From a virus (taxonomy: Duplodnaviria; Caudoviricetes): a stretch of DNA of 64,000 nucleotides. Position 1 is the first letter of the stretch. Each line of letters starts with the position of its first letter. Positions 9,641-19,133 of this stretch are shown here, piece after piece. The position numbers and the translations under genes are program-made. The stretch lies in the IMG/VR virus record IMGVR_UViG_2883475777_000001, one strand, 5' to 3'. A model generated the notes under the pieces. That model was not told the DNA's origin, made no database searches, and saw only the letters and a list, made by a program, of their open reading frames with translations.

Positions 9641-11641
9641 CTACTGTGCGAAGACGAGCTTTCCTTGTTTAGCCTGGTCCACCAGGTCCTTCGTGTTGAC
9701 GACGATCTGCTCGGCGGCCCGCGCCGTCCGCTCGGCCAGGTTGTCCGCGCCGAGTCCGCGGGCAGCCAGCGCGTTGAACGTGCCTTTGACTTCGACCTTG
9801 CGCTGCTCTTCGCCGAGCGCCCCCGCGCTGAAGGACAGACTGTCTTGGAGTTCCTTCATGCGTTCTGGCTCGCTCGACTCGGCTTCAGCCCGTTTCTTCG
9901 CCGCTTCGGCGATGGCCTCCTGCCACTCGCGGCGAGCGTCCGCCAGTTCGCCCTCCGTTTCCCCAAGGTCTTCGGCGAACTGCCGTTGCCGGCGGGCGTG
10001 TTCCTCTCGCTGCATGTCGGTGAGCGTGCTCTCGACGCCGGCCCGGTCGCGTTCGATTTGTGCGCGTCGCTCTCGTCGCTCACGGTCCCGCCGGCCAACC
10101 GCCTCGAGCATCTTGTTGTCGGCGGCTTCATTCGCCTGGCTGGTTTCGCGATTTATGCGATTGACCTCGGCGTTGACATCCACGTCCGAATCGAACAGCG
10201 ACTTGAGCCGGACCCAGGCCTTCTTGATGAAGCCGACGGTCGAATGCCAGGTCTTGGTGAGCAGGTTGGTAAAGACCGACCAGGCGTCGGCGAGGAACCC
10301 GACCGTCTCGGTCCAGGCAACTTCGATGGCGGCCCAACCATCGTTAAAGATCTTCGCCGCGCCGAACACGGCATTCGTGGCGATAGAGAGGAAGAACTCC
10401 TTGAACTTGATCCACAGTCCGTTGAGGAAGTGGATGCCCCGCTTCCATTCCATCTTCAGCGTCAACCAGAGAATCTTCGCCGCCAGGGCGAGGTCGCCTG
10501 CCGCCAGCGCATCGCCGATTCCCTGCCACGCGGCGAGGGCATCGCTCTTGAGTACCTGAAACCGCTCGCCCAACCAGGCGAGCGCCTTGCCGCCAATTCC
10601 AGTCGCGTACAGCAGGTAGCCGGCCAGCGCCACGACAGCGAGAATGACCAAGCCGATCGGCGTGAGCAGCAGCGCGATGATTTTTCCCAGAATGGCAATC
10701 GCCGCTCCGACCGCCCCGATGACCGCGACCAGCCCGCCGATCACCGCGCCGATCACCGCGCCGGCGCTGGAGATCAGCGTGCCAAGAATAATGAGCGCAA
10801 CGCCGGCGGCAACTACAGCGGCGGCGATCTTGAAGACCGTAACGACGAGCGTCTTGTTCTCTTTGATCCATTTGATGACCGACGTGATGAGGGGTGCGAT
10901 TCGCTTCTGCATTTCCGTCAGCACTGGGGCGAGCGCTGCGCCGATCTGCACAACGATGGCCATTAGTTGGCGTTTCAAGCGGTTCAATGCGTCGGTCAAC
11001 TCGGCTGCGGAGGTGGCGTCCTCGTCCGTCATCGTGATGCCGAGCCGGCGGGCCTCTTTTTGTAGCGCTTCGATCGACGCCCGACCGCCTTCCAGCATGG
11101 GCAGTAGCTCACGGCCACTGCGGCCAAACACGTTCAGGGCGACGCCAGCGCGGAGCGTGGGGTCTTCGATCTTGGAAATCGCCTCGGCCAGCAGCTTGAA
11201 GCGTTCTTCGGGGCTGGCCTGTTTGAACTGCTCAGCGGAGACGCCGAGCATGTCGAGAAGATCAGTGGACGTTTTCAGACCGCGCTCGACCATCACGGAA
11301 AAGCGGGCCATTGCTGCCAGCGAGCGGTCGAGTTGGTCGATGGACGCGCCGCCCTGTTCGGCAGCGAATCCTAGTTCGCTGAGCGCCTCAGCTGAGAAAC
11401 CGGTCCGTGCCCGCATCTTGTCGAGCTGGTCACCCGTGGAAGCGAAGAGTTTCGCCGCTCCCAATAGAGGCGCGAGCATCGCGGCTCCGGCGGCCGCGAC
11501 TTTGAGCCCCATCGCGCGGACGCCCGCACCGAAGGCCTGCAATCGCTTCGATGCGCGGGCCAGGCCGCGAACGAGACGGCTGTCCTTCGTGTAGAGTTCG
11601 ACGTAGGCCGCGCCAGCGCGGATTGCTTGAGCCGAAGGCAT
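9641..11641 (-). CDS. Tail tape measure protein
   Basis: AGAAYVEL N-terminus, Ala/Leu-rich helical repeats, hydrophobic central stretch, follows the tail chaperones. Confidence 0.9.
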   Translation of the reverse strand: MPSAQAIRAGAAYVELYTKDSRLVRGLARASKRLQAFGAGVRAMGLKVAAAGAAMLAPLLGAAKLFASTGDQLDKMRARTGFSAEALSELGFAAEQGGASIDQLDRSLAAMARFSVMVERGLKTSTDLLDMLGVSAEQFKQASPEERFKLLAEAISKIEDPTLRAGVALNVFGRSGRELLPMLEGGRASIEALQKEARRLGITMTDEDATSAAELTDALNRLKRQLMAIVVQIGAALAPVLTEMQKRIAPLITSVIKWIKENKTLVVTVFKIAAAVVAAGVALIILGTLISSAGAVIGAVIGGLVAVIGAVGAAIAILGKIIALLLTPIGLVILAVVALAGYLLYATGIGGKALAWLGERFQVLKSDALAAWQGIGDALAAGDLALAAKILWLTLKMEWKRGIHFLNGLWIKFKEFFLSIATNAVFGAAKIFNDGWAAIEVAWTETVGFLADAWSVFTNLLTKTWHSTVGFIKKAWVRLKSLFDSDVDVNAEVNRINRETSQANEAADNKMLEAVGRRDRERRERRAQIERDRAGVESTLTDMQREEHARRQRQFAEDLGETEGELADARREWQEAIAEAAKKRAEAESSEPERMKELQDSLSFSAGALGEEQRKVEVKGTFNALAARGLGADNLAERTARAAEQIVVNTKDLVDQAKQGKLVFAQ

Positions 11642-11653
11642 GGGTTATGTGAT

Positions 11654-11899
11654 TCACCTTTTATCAACAAACACACGTTTCAGGACGCGAATGCCGGTCT
11701 TGGAAATCGCGACCGGTTTTCGTTCAACCAGTGGATGGAACTCGGCGGGCGAGTACGGCTTCGACCGCTTTTTTGGGTTGCGGTGGACGTTCGCCGTCAG
11801 CGCCAAGACCGCCGCCGTGTGCGACCACTGGTCCTGCCGCCGCGCGCCGACCATCCAGATCAACTCGCGGAGGGTCAGCGGATTCGGATCGACGCCCAC
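11654..11899 (-). CDS. Tail assembly chaperone, frameshift extension (gpT-like)
   Basis: Frame is -1 relative to the upstream chaperone and open from the slippery site; IWQLAGIVGVDP...LRELIWM. Confidence 0.7.
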   Translation of the reverse strand: MGVDPNPLTLRELIWMVGARRQDQWSHTAAVLALTANVHRNPKKRSKPYSPAEFHPLVERKPVAISKTGIRVLKRVFVDKR

Positions 11900-11919
11900 G
11901 ATGCCGGCCAGTTGCCAGA

Positions 11920-12378
11920 TCAGCTTCCAGGCGACGTCTCCGGTAACTCGCCTTCGCTCAGCAGCGCTTCCAGTTGCTGATCCAGTCTCGGATCGTCCAA
12001 CCGCTTGCTGGCCGTCTCGACCGCCTTCGACTGGAATGTTTTCAGTTTGGCCAGCGCCTTCGCCAGCACCTGGCGCTTGCCGCTCGGGAAAAAATCGACA
12101 AGTTCCTCCAGCAAGGCGGTCGTTGCGTTGTCGATCGCGTCGCCGGCCATCGCGCGGCCGAACTCTTCATCGCTGATTTCCTTCGTATCCGCTTCGGGCT
12201 TGCAGATCGCAAAGATCACGTCGCACAACAGGATTGGGTCGGAGACAAGCTGCTCGATCAGCTTTCCCTCGATGGCGTCCAGTAGATTCACCGAGAGGAG
12301 CGTCTTGACCCGTTTGATGCACTCGACGTTGATGGCGACCGTCCAGGTGCGGCCCGCGTTGTCGTTAAATGTCTTCAT
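11920..12378 (-). CDS. Tail assembly chaperone (gpG-like)
   Basis: Between tail tube and tape measure genes; start MKTFND at 12378 with an AAAGGA RBS. Confidence 0.75.
   Translation of the reverse strand: MKTFNDNAGRTWTVAINVECIKRVKTLLSVNLLDAIEGKLIEQLVSDPILLCDVIFAICKPEADTKEISDEEFGRAMAGDAIDNATTALLEELVDFFPSGKRQVLAKALAKLKTFQSKAVETASKRLDDPRLDQQLEALLSEGELPETSPGS
12088..12094 (-). other. Putative -1 programmed frameshift heptamer T TTT TTC
   Basis: GAT TTT TTC in the chaperone frame; -1 frame checked stop-free through to 11654. Confidence 0.7.
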
Positions 12379-12395
12379 GCGTTCCTTTCGTTCGC

Positions 12396-12839
12396 TTACG
12401 GTCCGCCAGTGATCCATTCGGGCGCGTTGTCGGCGTAGGTTGGCTTGATCGAAACGTCGACCATGATGGCCTCTTCCAGCGCTTCGTTGCGCGTGAAGTT
12501 AAAGATGTCGAAGGTCGCTCGCAGTCCTTCCGAATCGGGATCGGTGATGTCGCCGTCCATCACTGCGAATTCCAGCGGCGCGTTGTTGAAGAACGCCTGA
12601 CGGATCGCGTCGAAGCCTGCGTCGACCGTGTCCCAAACCATCTGGAACTCAATCGAGGCGTCCTTGAGCGTGCCAACCGTGGCTCGCCAGCCAGCGTTGG
12701 CGCGGGTCGTGACGTCGGCCTCGCCTTTCTCCAGGTTCAGCGTGACGTCTTTGACGTTGCTCACCTCGACCCAGACCGGCGTCGCGTAGTCGCCCGTGTT
12801 GCGATACAGCTTTGCATCCATGCCCAATCGTGTGGCCAT
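12396..12839 (-). CDS. Major tail tube protein
   Basis: 147 aa beta-rich, VKDVTLNLEKGEADVTTR...GWR; upstream of the chaperones. Confidence 0.8.
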   Translation of the reverse strand: MATRLGMDAKLYRNTGDYATPVWVEVSNVKDVTLNLEKGEADVTTRANAGWRATVGTLKDASIEFQMVWDTVDAGFDAIRQAFFNNAPLEFAVMDGDITDPDSEGLRATFDIFNFTRNEALEEAIMVDVSIKPTYADNAPEWITGGP

Positions 12840-12855
12840 GACGTTCGTCTCCTAT

Positions 12856-13254
12856 TCAGTGCGCCTTAACGGAGCCTGCCCACTTGCGCGGCAGTCGCTC
12901 CTTGGTTGTTTCCAATGCCGGACCCATGAACGGTCGCTTCGGGTAACGCTGCCGCTTGTACCGCCCGCCGTGCTCGTGTGCGGAAGCCGACTTTCCGACC
13001 TTCGTGTGCTCCGGACCGATCGCGACCAGATCGTTCTGCTTCTCGACCGCGTACATGATCGCGCCGCGAAGCTGTCCTTTGCGGGTGCTGGGCGGCTTCC
13101 CCTCGGCGCTCGCCTTCTTGCGGCGTCGGATGCTTCTCTTGGCCGTCAAGCGAATCGTCGCGCCGGCGTGGCCGAGGCTCTTGATGCTGCCCTTCTTGGC
13201 TTTGGCCAGCACCTGCTTCGTGTTGTCGCGCGTCCGCGACTGCATGGCGATCAT
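12856..13254 (-). CDS. Tail completion/neck protein (HK97 gp10-like)
   Basis: Basic protein, PSTRKGQLR...HEHGG...YPKRPFMGPAL. Confidence 0.6.
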   Translation of the reverse strand: MIAMQSRTRDNTKQVLAKAKKGSIKSLGHAGATIRLTAKRSIRRRKKASAEGKPPSTRKGQLRGAIMYAVEKQNDLVAIGPEHTKVGKSASAHEHGGRYKRQRYPKRPFMGPALETTKERLPRKWAGSVKAH

Positions 13255-13257
13255 TCG

Positions 13258-13689
13258 TTACCTCACGACTCGAAACGTCAGCGTCAGGACGCTAGTGAAC
13301 TGCCGTAGTTCGTCCCAGTGTTCCTGGGCGTAAATGGGTGCATGCTCCGTCTTGATCCAGTGGGCGTTCGGATACGCTGTCAGCCGTCGCAAACGAAAAA
13401 AGTCCGCGATCTCCTCGACCAAAGTCAGCAGTGGATCAATTTCCGCCGCATCGCCCGTCTCAAATTTCTTCTGCACCGCCACGTCGATCTGAAAGTCGTT
13501 CGTGTTGCGGGTGCGGTCGCTCTTGGTGATCACCACGCCTTTGGGGACGACGCTGACGTGCAGATCTTTCATGTCCTGCAGTTCGAACGACGGAACGTAG
13601 TGCCGCGCTGCGGTGAGTGGCAGGCTCAACGAAGCGGCGTTCAATTCGGCAACCAGCGCGTCGGCAACGTCCGTAATCACGGCCATCAA
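13258..13689 (-). CDS. Putative tail terminator/neck protein
   Basis: Position in the head-tail cluster; 143 aa. Confidence 0.55.
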   Translation of the reverse strand: MMAVITDVADALVAELNAASLSLPLTAARHYVPSFELQDMKDLHVSVVPKGVVITKSDRTRNTNDFQIDVAVQKKFETGDAAEIDPLLTLVEEIADFFRLRRLTAYPNAHWIKTEHAPIYAQEHWDELRQFTSVLTLTFRVVR

Positions 13690-14069
13690 GCATCCTCCGT
13701 AGCGATGTGTTTCGTATGGACCCGCAGCGTTGTGCGATACGGATCGCTGTAGCGCCAGTGCGGCTCCGTCCCCAGAGGCATGACCTCGTAGGTGAACTTC
13801 TTTCCGGCGTCGATCTCTTCCACGCGGTCGCCTCGTTCGGGCAACGCCGGCTGGCCGGCGAGCACGAGATCAGCCGTGTCGATCAGGTAATCGCGAACCT
13901 CGGTGCGGACGATGACGCCGGTGCCATCGTCTTGTTCGAAGACCGTGCGGCCGACCGTGGCTTGCACGGGCACCGAATCTACGCCTCGCCGATACGTGAC
14001 CGAGCGAGTGGCGTGTTTCTTTCGCTGACTTTGCAGCCAGTTCGATCCGGTTTCGAGGATGTCAGCCAC
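13686..14069 (-). CDS. Putative head-closure/head-tail joining protein
   Basis: VTYRRG...PERGDRVEE beta-rich pattern; position after the capsid decoration gene. Confidence 0.6.
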   Translation of the reverse strand: MADILETGSNWLQSQRKKHATRSVTYRRGVDSVPVQATVGRTVFEQDDGTGVIVRTEVRDYLIDTADLVLAGQPALPERGDRVEEIDAGKKFTYEVMPLGTEPHWRYSDPYRTTLRVHTKHIATEDA

Positions 14070-14084
14070 GATGTTGACTCCGAA

Positions 14085-14426
14085 TTACGGCGTGAGCTTG
14101 GCGCGAACGCTGGCGTCAGCGTCAGCCGCGTCTGCGACCGCTTTGCCGAGCAGCTTGTTCGCGCCGCCGCCATCGGTCGTAACGGCCACGTCATTGGCGT
14201 CATCCCAGTACGCCAGGTCGCCTGTTGAGAACGTCACACCGCCGCCGGCCTCCTTGGCCACGTCGAAGACGCCTTCCACGGCCAGAGCGCCGAGCGTGTT
14301 GGCCTTGATCTCTCGTTTGGCGATGCCAACCAGGTCGCTTTGCACCACCACATCGCCCGGAGCGACGTCCGCCCCAGGCGTGTGGTCGATGGCTGCGCCT
14401 TCGTGAACAAAAGTTGCTTGAGCCAT
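14085..14426 (-). CDS. DUF2190-family capsid cement/decoration protein
   Basis: FVHEGAAIDHTPGADVAPGDVVV...GALAVEGVFDVAK...YWD. Confidence 0.8.
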   Translation of the reverse strand: MAQATFVHEGAAIDHTPGADVAPGDVVVQSDLVGIAKREIKANTLGALAVEGVFDVAKEAGGGVTFSTGDLAYWDDANDVAVTTDGGGANKLLGKAVADAADADASVRAKLTP

Positions 14427-14471
14427 ATCAGCCTCCGATTGAATTTCAAGGTTTTGGTTGTCGTGTCAGGC

Positions 14472-16505
14472 TTACGCTTCGCCCTTGGCTTTCACGCCAC
14501 CGCGCGAGTCTTGAAGTGCCACCCCGAAGTCGTGGTAACCTCGCATCTGGACACCGAGCTTGTTGAAGTCCGCCTCGGCCGTTTCGATCGTCGGGGCCTC
14601 TTGGCCGTTGAGGAATGCGACCTCGATGACGGGCAGGTCGGTCGACTCGGCCAGCAGATACCAGGCCTTCGACGAATTGCCCGTGTATTGGGCGTTGGAC
14701 AGGTAGCGACTGACCTCGACGCGGAACTTGCCCTGGTGCGGATTGGACACCGGGTACTTCGTGGTGGTCGTCGTGTCCCGCAGTTCCATCGACTTGAAGA
14801 GCTGCGAGCCGATGGCTGATAGCGACGTCGGCACGAGCAAGATCGCCGGCATGATGCCGATCGGCTTGCCGTCGCCATCGACCTGATCCATGAAGGTCAC
14901 TTCGCCTTCGGTCAATCCGTCGATCGACAGCGCCGTGCTGGCACCGGTGATGTAGTTGTTGTTGCCCGCCGTGAAGAAGGCGCTGTTGGCCAGGAACGTT
15001 GACCAGAAGACGTCATTGATCTTCAGACCGCTGCCCCGACCAAGCTTGCGCGGCACGGTGGTGATGGCATTCAGGTCGTCGTTGATGATGTCGCGGCGAT
15101 CGATCGAGAGCATCAGGCCGTAGGTGTCGGCCTTGTTCTCGTACTTCTCTTCGCCGAGCGTCCCGTGCTTGAGCTCGCCGCCGGGTGCGACCTGCTCGTA
15201 TTGATCCTTGCCGACCAATCGGTAGCTGGTCACGGTCTTGAAGTCGCTCACGTTGCGCACTGCCGTAACGTTCCGCCAGGTCCGCTCGACGCTGAAGAAG
15301 CCATCGAGCAGGAATTTGTTAGCGACGTTCGACAGGATGCCGCCGATGTCGACGGTCGAGAATCCGGCTTCGAGCGTCGGGTTGAAGGCGTAACGCAACA
15401 CAGCCCGGCTGTCGCGGAAGTTGCGGCCGGTGTAGCCGTTGGCCCATGCCGCTTCGAGCAGCAGTTCCTGCAGCCCGATGCCGCCGCGGAATCGCTCCGT
15501 CGCGGCGTCGAGCGTTTGACCGTCGAACATGGCGTCGATCTGGTCCACGTGCCCTGTCAGCAGGCACGCCGCCTCGAGCACGCGGGCATTGATCGTCTTG
15601 TCGTGCATGTGAATCGCCGGCGTGCGGGGCCGGTTGGCGCGAAGCACTTCCAATTCACAGCGCGTCACGTCCCAGCCTTCACCGATCGCCTTGGCCTCGA
15701 TCTCAGGAAAACGGCCCGCGCACAGTTGGCGGATCGCCGAGATGCGACTGACTTCGGCAGCAGCCTGCGAGCGGATTTCATCGACGGCGGAGCCGGCGGT
15801 CACAGCAGGGGCCTGCGTTTGTTGGTTCGCTTGGTGCGAATCCCGCTCGTTCGCGTCGGTATCTGTGGCGGCAGTGGTGTTTTCGGGGTCCATGTCGGAA
15901 TTCTCCTCTTGCTTGTCGGTATGGTTGGCAGCGGCTGCGACCGTCGCGCTGGTCTGCCCATCCGCGCCGAGATCGACGAAACTGATCTCACTGAGCGTGG
16001 ACTTGCGCACGACGTTGAGCGGGCCGGCGTGCTCCTGGCCGTTGACGATTACCGTTTGGCGTTCCTTGACGAACTCGAACTCATCGACGCTCGCTCCCAC
16101 GGATGCCTGCCAGGGGAATCCGTTCTTCGAAGAGGCGACGACTTCGCGGGCGGCTGCTGTGTCGCGGGACACAATGCCCGTTGCCACCAGCTGCCCGCCG
16201 TCGATGCGGATGTTGTCCGTGTGCCCGACGCCGGACGTCGGGTCATGACTGAAGCGGATCGGCCGCGACTGCGAGGGAATCCCCAGTCCCGCGAGGTCGA
16301 TGATGACCGGAAAACGCCAGCCCGCGATCCGCATCGGTGCGCCGGTGTAGGCGACCATTCGGAATCGGGGCAGCGCGGGCGCGGAGCCTTCATCGCCGGC
16401 TGACGCGACGTCGATCATCGCCGTCGCGGTGAGTTGCAGCGTGCTGGGCACGTTCTGCTTTTCAGGCTGCGCGGGCGGGCGCGTCTTCGTTTGCTTCTTC
16501 GCCAT
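14472..16505 (-). CDS. Prohead protease-major capsid fusion (helper prophage)
   Basis: N-terminal FRMVAYTG...FSHD...FPWQASVGA protease-like domain; C-terminal capsid domain (GGELKHG, SIDRRDIINDDL, HDFGVA). Confidence 0.88.
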   Translation of the reverse strand: MAKKQTKTRPPAQPEKQNVPSTLQLTATAMIDVASAGDEGSAPALPRFRMVAYTGAPMRIAGWRFPVIIDLAGLGIPSQSRPIRFSHDPTSGVGHTDNIRIDGGQLVATGIVSRDTAAAREVVASSKNGFPWQASVGASVDEFEFVKERQTVIVNGQEHAGPLNVVRKSTLSEISFVDLGADGQTSATVAAAANHTDKQEENSDMDPENTTAATDTDANERDSHQANQQTQAPAVTAGSAVDEIRSQAAAEVSRISAIRQLCAGRFPEIEAKAIGEGWDVTRCELEVLRANRPRTPAIHMHDKTINARVLEAACLLTGHVDQIDAMFDGQTLDAATERFRGGIGLQELLLEAAWANGYTGRNFRDSRAVLRYAFNPTLEAGFSTVDIGGILSNVANKFLLDGFFSVERTWRNVTAVRNVSDFKTVTSYRLVGKDQYEQVAPGGELKHGTLGEEKYENKADTYGLMLSIDRRDIINDDLNAITTVPRKLGRGSGLKINDVFWSTFLANSAFFTAGNNNYITGASTALSIDGLTEGEVTFMDQVDGDGKPIGIMPAILLVPTSLSAIGSQLFKSMELRDTTTTTKYPVSNPHQGKFRVEVSRYLSNAQYTGNSSKAWYLLAESTDLPVIEVAFLNGQEAPTIETAEADFNKLGVQMRGYHDFGVALQDSRGGVKAKGEA

Positions 16506-16941
16506 CTTCGTCCTCCTCGATGTCGTCGTTGGTCGGTGGAACTGCCGCAGGTGTCAGCCCGAGTTCCTGCATCAGCGAGAATTCCTTGGCCCGCTGGCGC
16601 AAGGCTTCTTCCCAATCGCGCCCCTGCCGGGCGTATTCGTGAGCAAGGGTGGTGGTGAGATTGGCCAAACGGGTCGCTTGGGCGCTGGCTTCTTTGGCGG
16701 GGTCCACATGCTCGTGGCCATCCCAAAACCATTGATGGGGCCATTGAGCGATCGGCCCAGCGTCCGCGGGCAAGAGTCCCGGAATGAGCACCGCTTCGTC
16801 GAACCAAGCGGCCAGCACTCGATCGAGCACAACCGATTCCAGTTGGGCCTGCTCGACGCGGATCGATTTGAAGTACGTCTGATGATCCAGACGGCCCGAG
16901 GCGTAGTTGTATCCCGAGCTGTTTCCCGCCGCGACGTTGAA
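16462..16941 (-). CDS. Portal protein, 3' part (split by integrated element)
   Basis: FNVAAGNSSGYNYASGRLD is the lambda-type portal C-terminal motif; in frame with the 5' part at 27389-28372. Confidence 0.9.
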   Translation of the reverse strand, partial: FNVAAGNSSGYNYASGRLDHQTYFKSIRVEQAQLESVVLDRVLAAWFDEAVLIPGLLPADAGPIAQWPHQWFWDGHEHVDPAKEASAQATRLANLTTTLAHEYARQGRDWEEALRQRAKEFSLMQELGLTPAAVPPTNDDIEEDEDGEEANEDAPARAA

Positions 16942-16961
16942 CGGAGCGCAAGAGGCGGGAT
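16931..16961. other. Left att junction (core TTGAA plus inner arm CAAGAGGCGGGAT at 16949-16961)
   Basis: Arm is the exact reverse complement of 27361-27373. Confidence 0.85.
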
Positions 16962-16985
16962 AAGAGCGAACAATGCAGAACGCGT

Positions 16986-18824
16986 CTATTCGGCGGCGAT
17001 CCAACCCTTTTGATGGCCGAGGTTGTTAATCTTGCCGCTTAAGACGGCCTGCGCAAGGAGGCGAGAAGCGTACGGCCGTCGCACGCCGAGATGGTCGGCT
17101 ACGTTGCCAAGGAACACCACGTCGTCCTGTTCGCGGACGAAGCGCGCGGCGTCCCGCCAGCGACCGGGACTGGGAACGTCATCATCGGTAATTGGAATCG
17201 TGCCATCGATGCCCAGGTCGTCGCGAAGTTCGATCGCGCCGTCCCACAGCGTGATCCGGTGCTTGCCGTCGCCACGACGCTCGCGACGAAGAATGATCCG
17301 CTTCACGGTCTGGCGAATGGCGAACGCGAGCTTCTCACGGTCCGCTTCCGACAGGCACTCCAGCAGTTCGTCCAACCGTGCGATGACCTCCAGCGCTTCC
17401 GGCGTCGGTGCTTGCTCGCCCTGCACCTGGTGCAGCTTCTCTTTGAGCTCCGATTCCTGTTTGCGCCACGTCGCCAGCAGCTTCGAGATACCGGGAACGT
17501 CCAACGGATCGGCCAGGGCCAGGTTCTCCGTGCCCCGTTCGATCTTGGCCCACAAGTCGGCAAGCTGCGATTCGTACCGACCGACATCGGTCTGAACCTT
17601 TCTCGTGCGACGCGTGATCTCCTTGCGGATCGCTCGCTTTGTGCGTTCGTCCGACATGAACGCCTGTAACTTGGACAAGACGCCCTGCTCGATGGTCTCC
17701 GCGCGGAAGCTTGGCCGATCCGATTCCTCCGGGTGTTCCTCGAATTCGCGGGGAGGCAGCGAATAGTACCGTCGCACGACCGCGCGTTGCGAATGGCTCA
17801 TGGTGCAGCCTTGCAGTCTGCGGCCGTCGCCGAGAAAGACAACTCCAGTGAGCAGGTACTTGCCTGGCGTTGGAGCCTTGCACGGCTCGCTGTTTCGCTG
17901 GAGCTGCTTCTGCGCGCGGTCGAATAACGCGGGTGTTACGAGCGGCTCGTGGGCGTCTTCGCATGTCACGCCACCATCATCGTAGAGACTGCGAAACTTG
18001 CCGCGCCGCCGCTTCTGGCCGGCAACGATCCTTCCCACGTAGACCGGATTCGTCACCGTGCGTCGAACACTCGTGGCGTTCCACCGGTTGCCATGCATCG
18101 TTCGGTAGCCTTGCCGATTGAGCTGGCGGGCCACGGACCCGCACGACGAGCCTTTTGCAACGGCCTCGAACATCATTCGCACCGCTTCGACAGCTCGCAC
18201 GTCGGTTGAGATGACCAGTCTCGACGACCATTCAATCGGACGCCGGAACTTCTCCGTTGGCGATACGCGGCGGACGACGACACCCGTTTCGTCGAGAATC
18301 TCCCGGTCGTAGCCGAACGGTGGCCCGCCCTGCTTCTGGCCACGACTGATTGCCAGTCGCTTGCCACTAATAACCCGGTCGGCCAGTTTCACCGATTCCT
18401 CGCGTGCGCCGTACTGATCGACGATGGCGGTGATCACGCCGCCCAGGTTGTTGAAGTCGAGTTCGCCGCGCTGGCAGGTGATGATCTTCACGCCGGCGTC
18501 CCGTAGCTGCTTCCAATGGATCATCGCGTCGAACACGTCCTCGCGCGACATCCGGCTTTGTTCAGAAAGCAGAACAGCGCGAAACGCGCCGCCTTTTGCG
18601 TCACCGAGCAACCGCTGGAAGTCCTTGCGGTTGTTCGATTCCGTGCCGGTCAGTCCGTGGTCTTCATACCAGCGGACGATTTTGTAGCCGGCGCGATCGG
18701 CCAAGGCCTCAATGTCCTTTCGTTGCCGCGCGGGGCTATCCTGCTGTTGGTCGGTGCTCATGCGGATGTAGCCAACCGCCGGAACGCGCGACCCGTTTCT
18801 CCGTGTAGAATTGCGTTTAGCCAT
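16986..18824 (-). CDS. Large serine recombinase (satellite integrase)
   Basis: GYIRMSTDQQQDS catalytic motif, SEQSRMSR, recombinase domain, coiled coil; start MAKRN at 18824. Confidence 0.92.
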   Translation of the reverse strand: MAKRNSTRRNGSRVPAVGYIRMSTDQQQDSPARQRKDIEALADRAGYKIVRWYEDHGLTGTESNNRKDFQRLLGDAKGGAFRAVLLSEQSRMSREDVFDAMIHWKQLRDAGVKIITCQRGELDFNNLGGVITAIVDQYGAREESVKLADRVISGKRLAISRGQKQGGPPFGYDREILDETGVVVRRVSPTEKFRRPIEWSSRLVISTDVRAVEAVRMMFEAVAKGSSCGSVARQLNRQGYRTMHGNRWNATSVRRTVTNPVYVGRIVAGQKRRRGKFRSLYDDGGVTCEDAHEPLVTPALFDRAQKQLQRNSEPCKAPTPGKYLLTGVVFLGDGRRLQGCTMSHSQRAVVRRYYSLPPREFEEHPEESDRPSFRAETIEQGVLSKLQAFMSDERTKRAIRKEITRRTRKVQTDVGRYESQLADLWAKIERGTENLALADPLDVPGISKLLATWRKQESELKEKLHQVQGEQAPTPEALEVIARLDELLECLSEADREKLAFAIRQTVKRIILRRERRGDGKHRITLWDGAIELRDDLGIDGTIPITDDDVPSPGRWRDAARFVREQDDVVFLGNVADHLGVRRPYASRLLAQAVLSGKINNLGHQKGWIAAE

Positions 18825-18837
18825 GATTGCCCTTTCC

Positions 18838-18905
18838 AAACCAAAGGGTGTGAATGGTAAGAGCCGCCGGCGTGTTCGCTGCACGCCGACGGCTCGCTTT
18901 GGTTT
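18838..18905 (-). promoter_or_regulatory. Nested hairpin in the integrase leader
   Basis: 14-bp stem with 1 mismatch (18861-18895) inside AAACCAAAG/CTTTGGTTT arms, adjacent to the RBS. Confidence 0.5.
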
Positions 18906-18929
18906 CAGACGTTGGGTGGTTTCGACTGA

Positions 18930-19133
18930 TCATCGGCCTTCCAAGATTCCGACGACCGCCGCCAACCTCTGGTTGACTTCAGCCATCGTTCCAACATGCG
19001 TCCATGCGATGTCGACCTCGCCGCCGGGTGCCGGTTGGTCCTGCAACAATTCGCGGATGCGTTGCAACAGGTCCTGCGCAACCAGGTGGGACGTCTCGTA
19101 GGCCGGTTCGGCTTGCAATCGTTGTCGTGTCAT
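18930..19133 (-). CDS. Small hypothetical protein, paralog of 35517-35744
   Basis: AYE..H.VAQDL.QRI.ELL.D.PAPG...W..VG...EVN.RL shared; ATGA coupling. Confidence 0.75.
   Translation of the reverse strand: MTRQRLQAEPAYETSHLVAQDLLQRIRELLQDQPAPGGEVDIAWTHVGTMAEVNQRLAAVVGILEGR

Noticed and set aside
9215-10966. Long + strand ORFs opposite phage genes (e.g. 9215-10966, 15165-16403, 27371-28426) and the minus-strand ORF 35232-36971
   Set aside because: Typical high-GC shadows of well-supported genes on the other strand.
16462-17004. Track ORF as a stand-alone 180-aa gene
   Set aside because: Its first ~20 codons are element sequence; the rest is the portal C-terminus.
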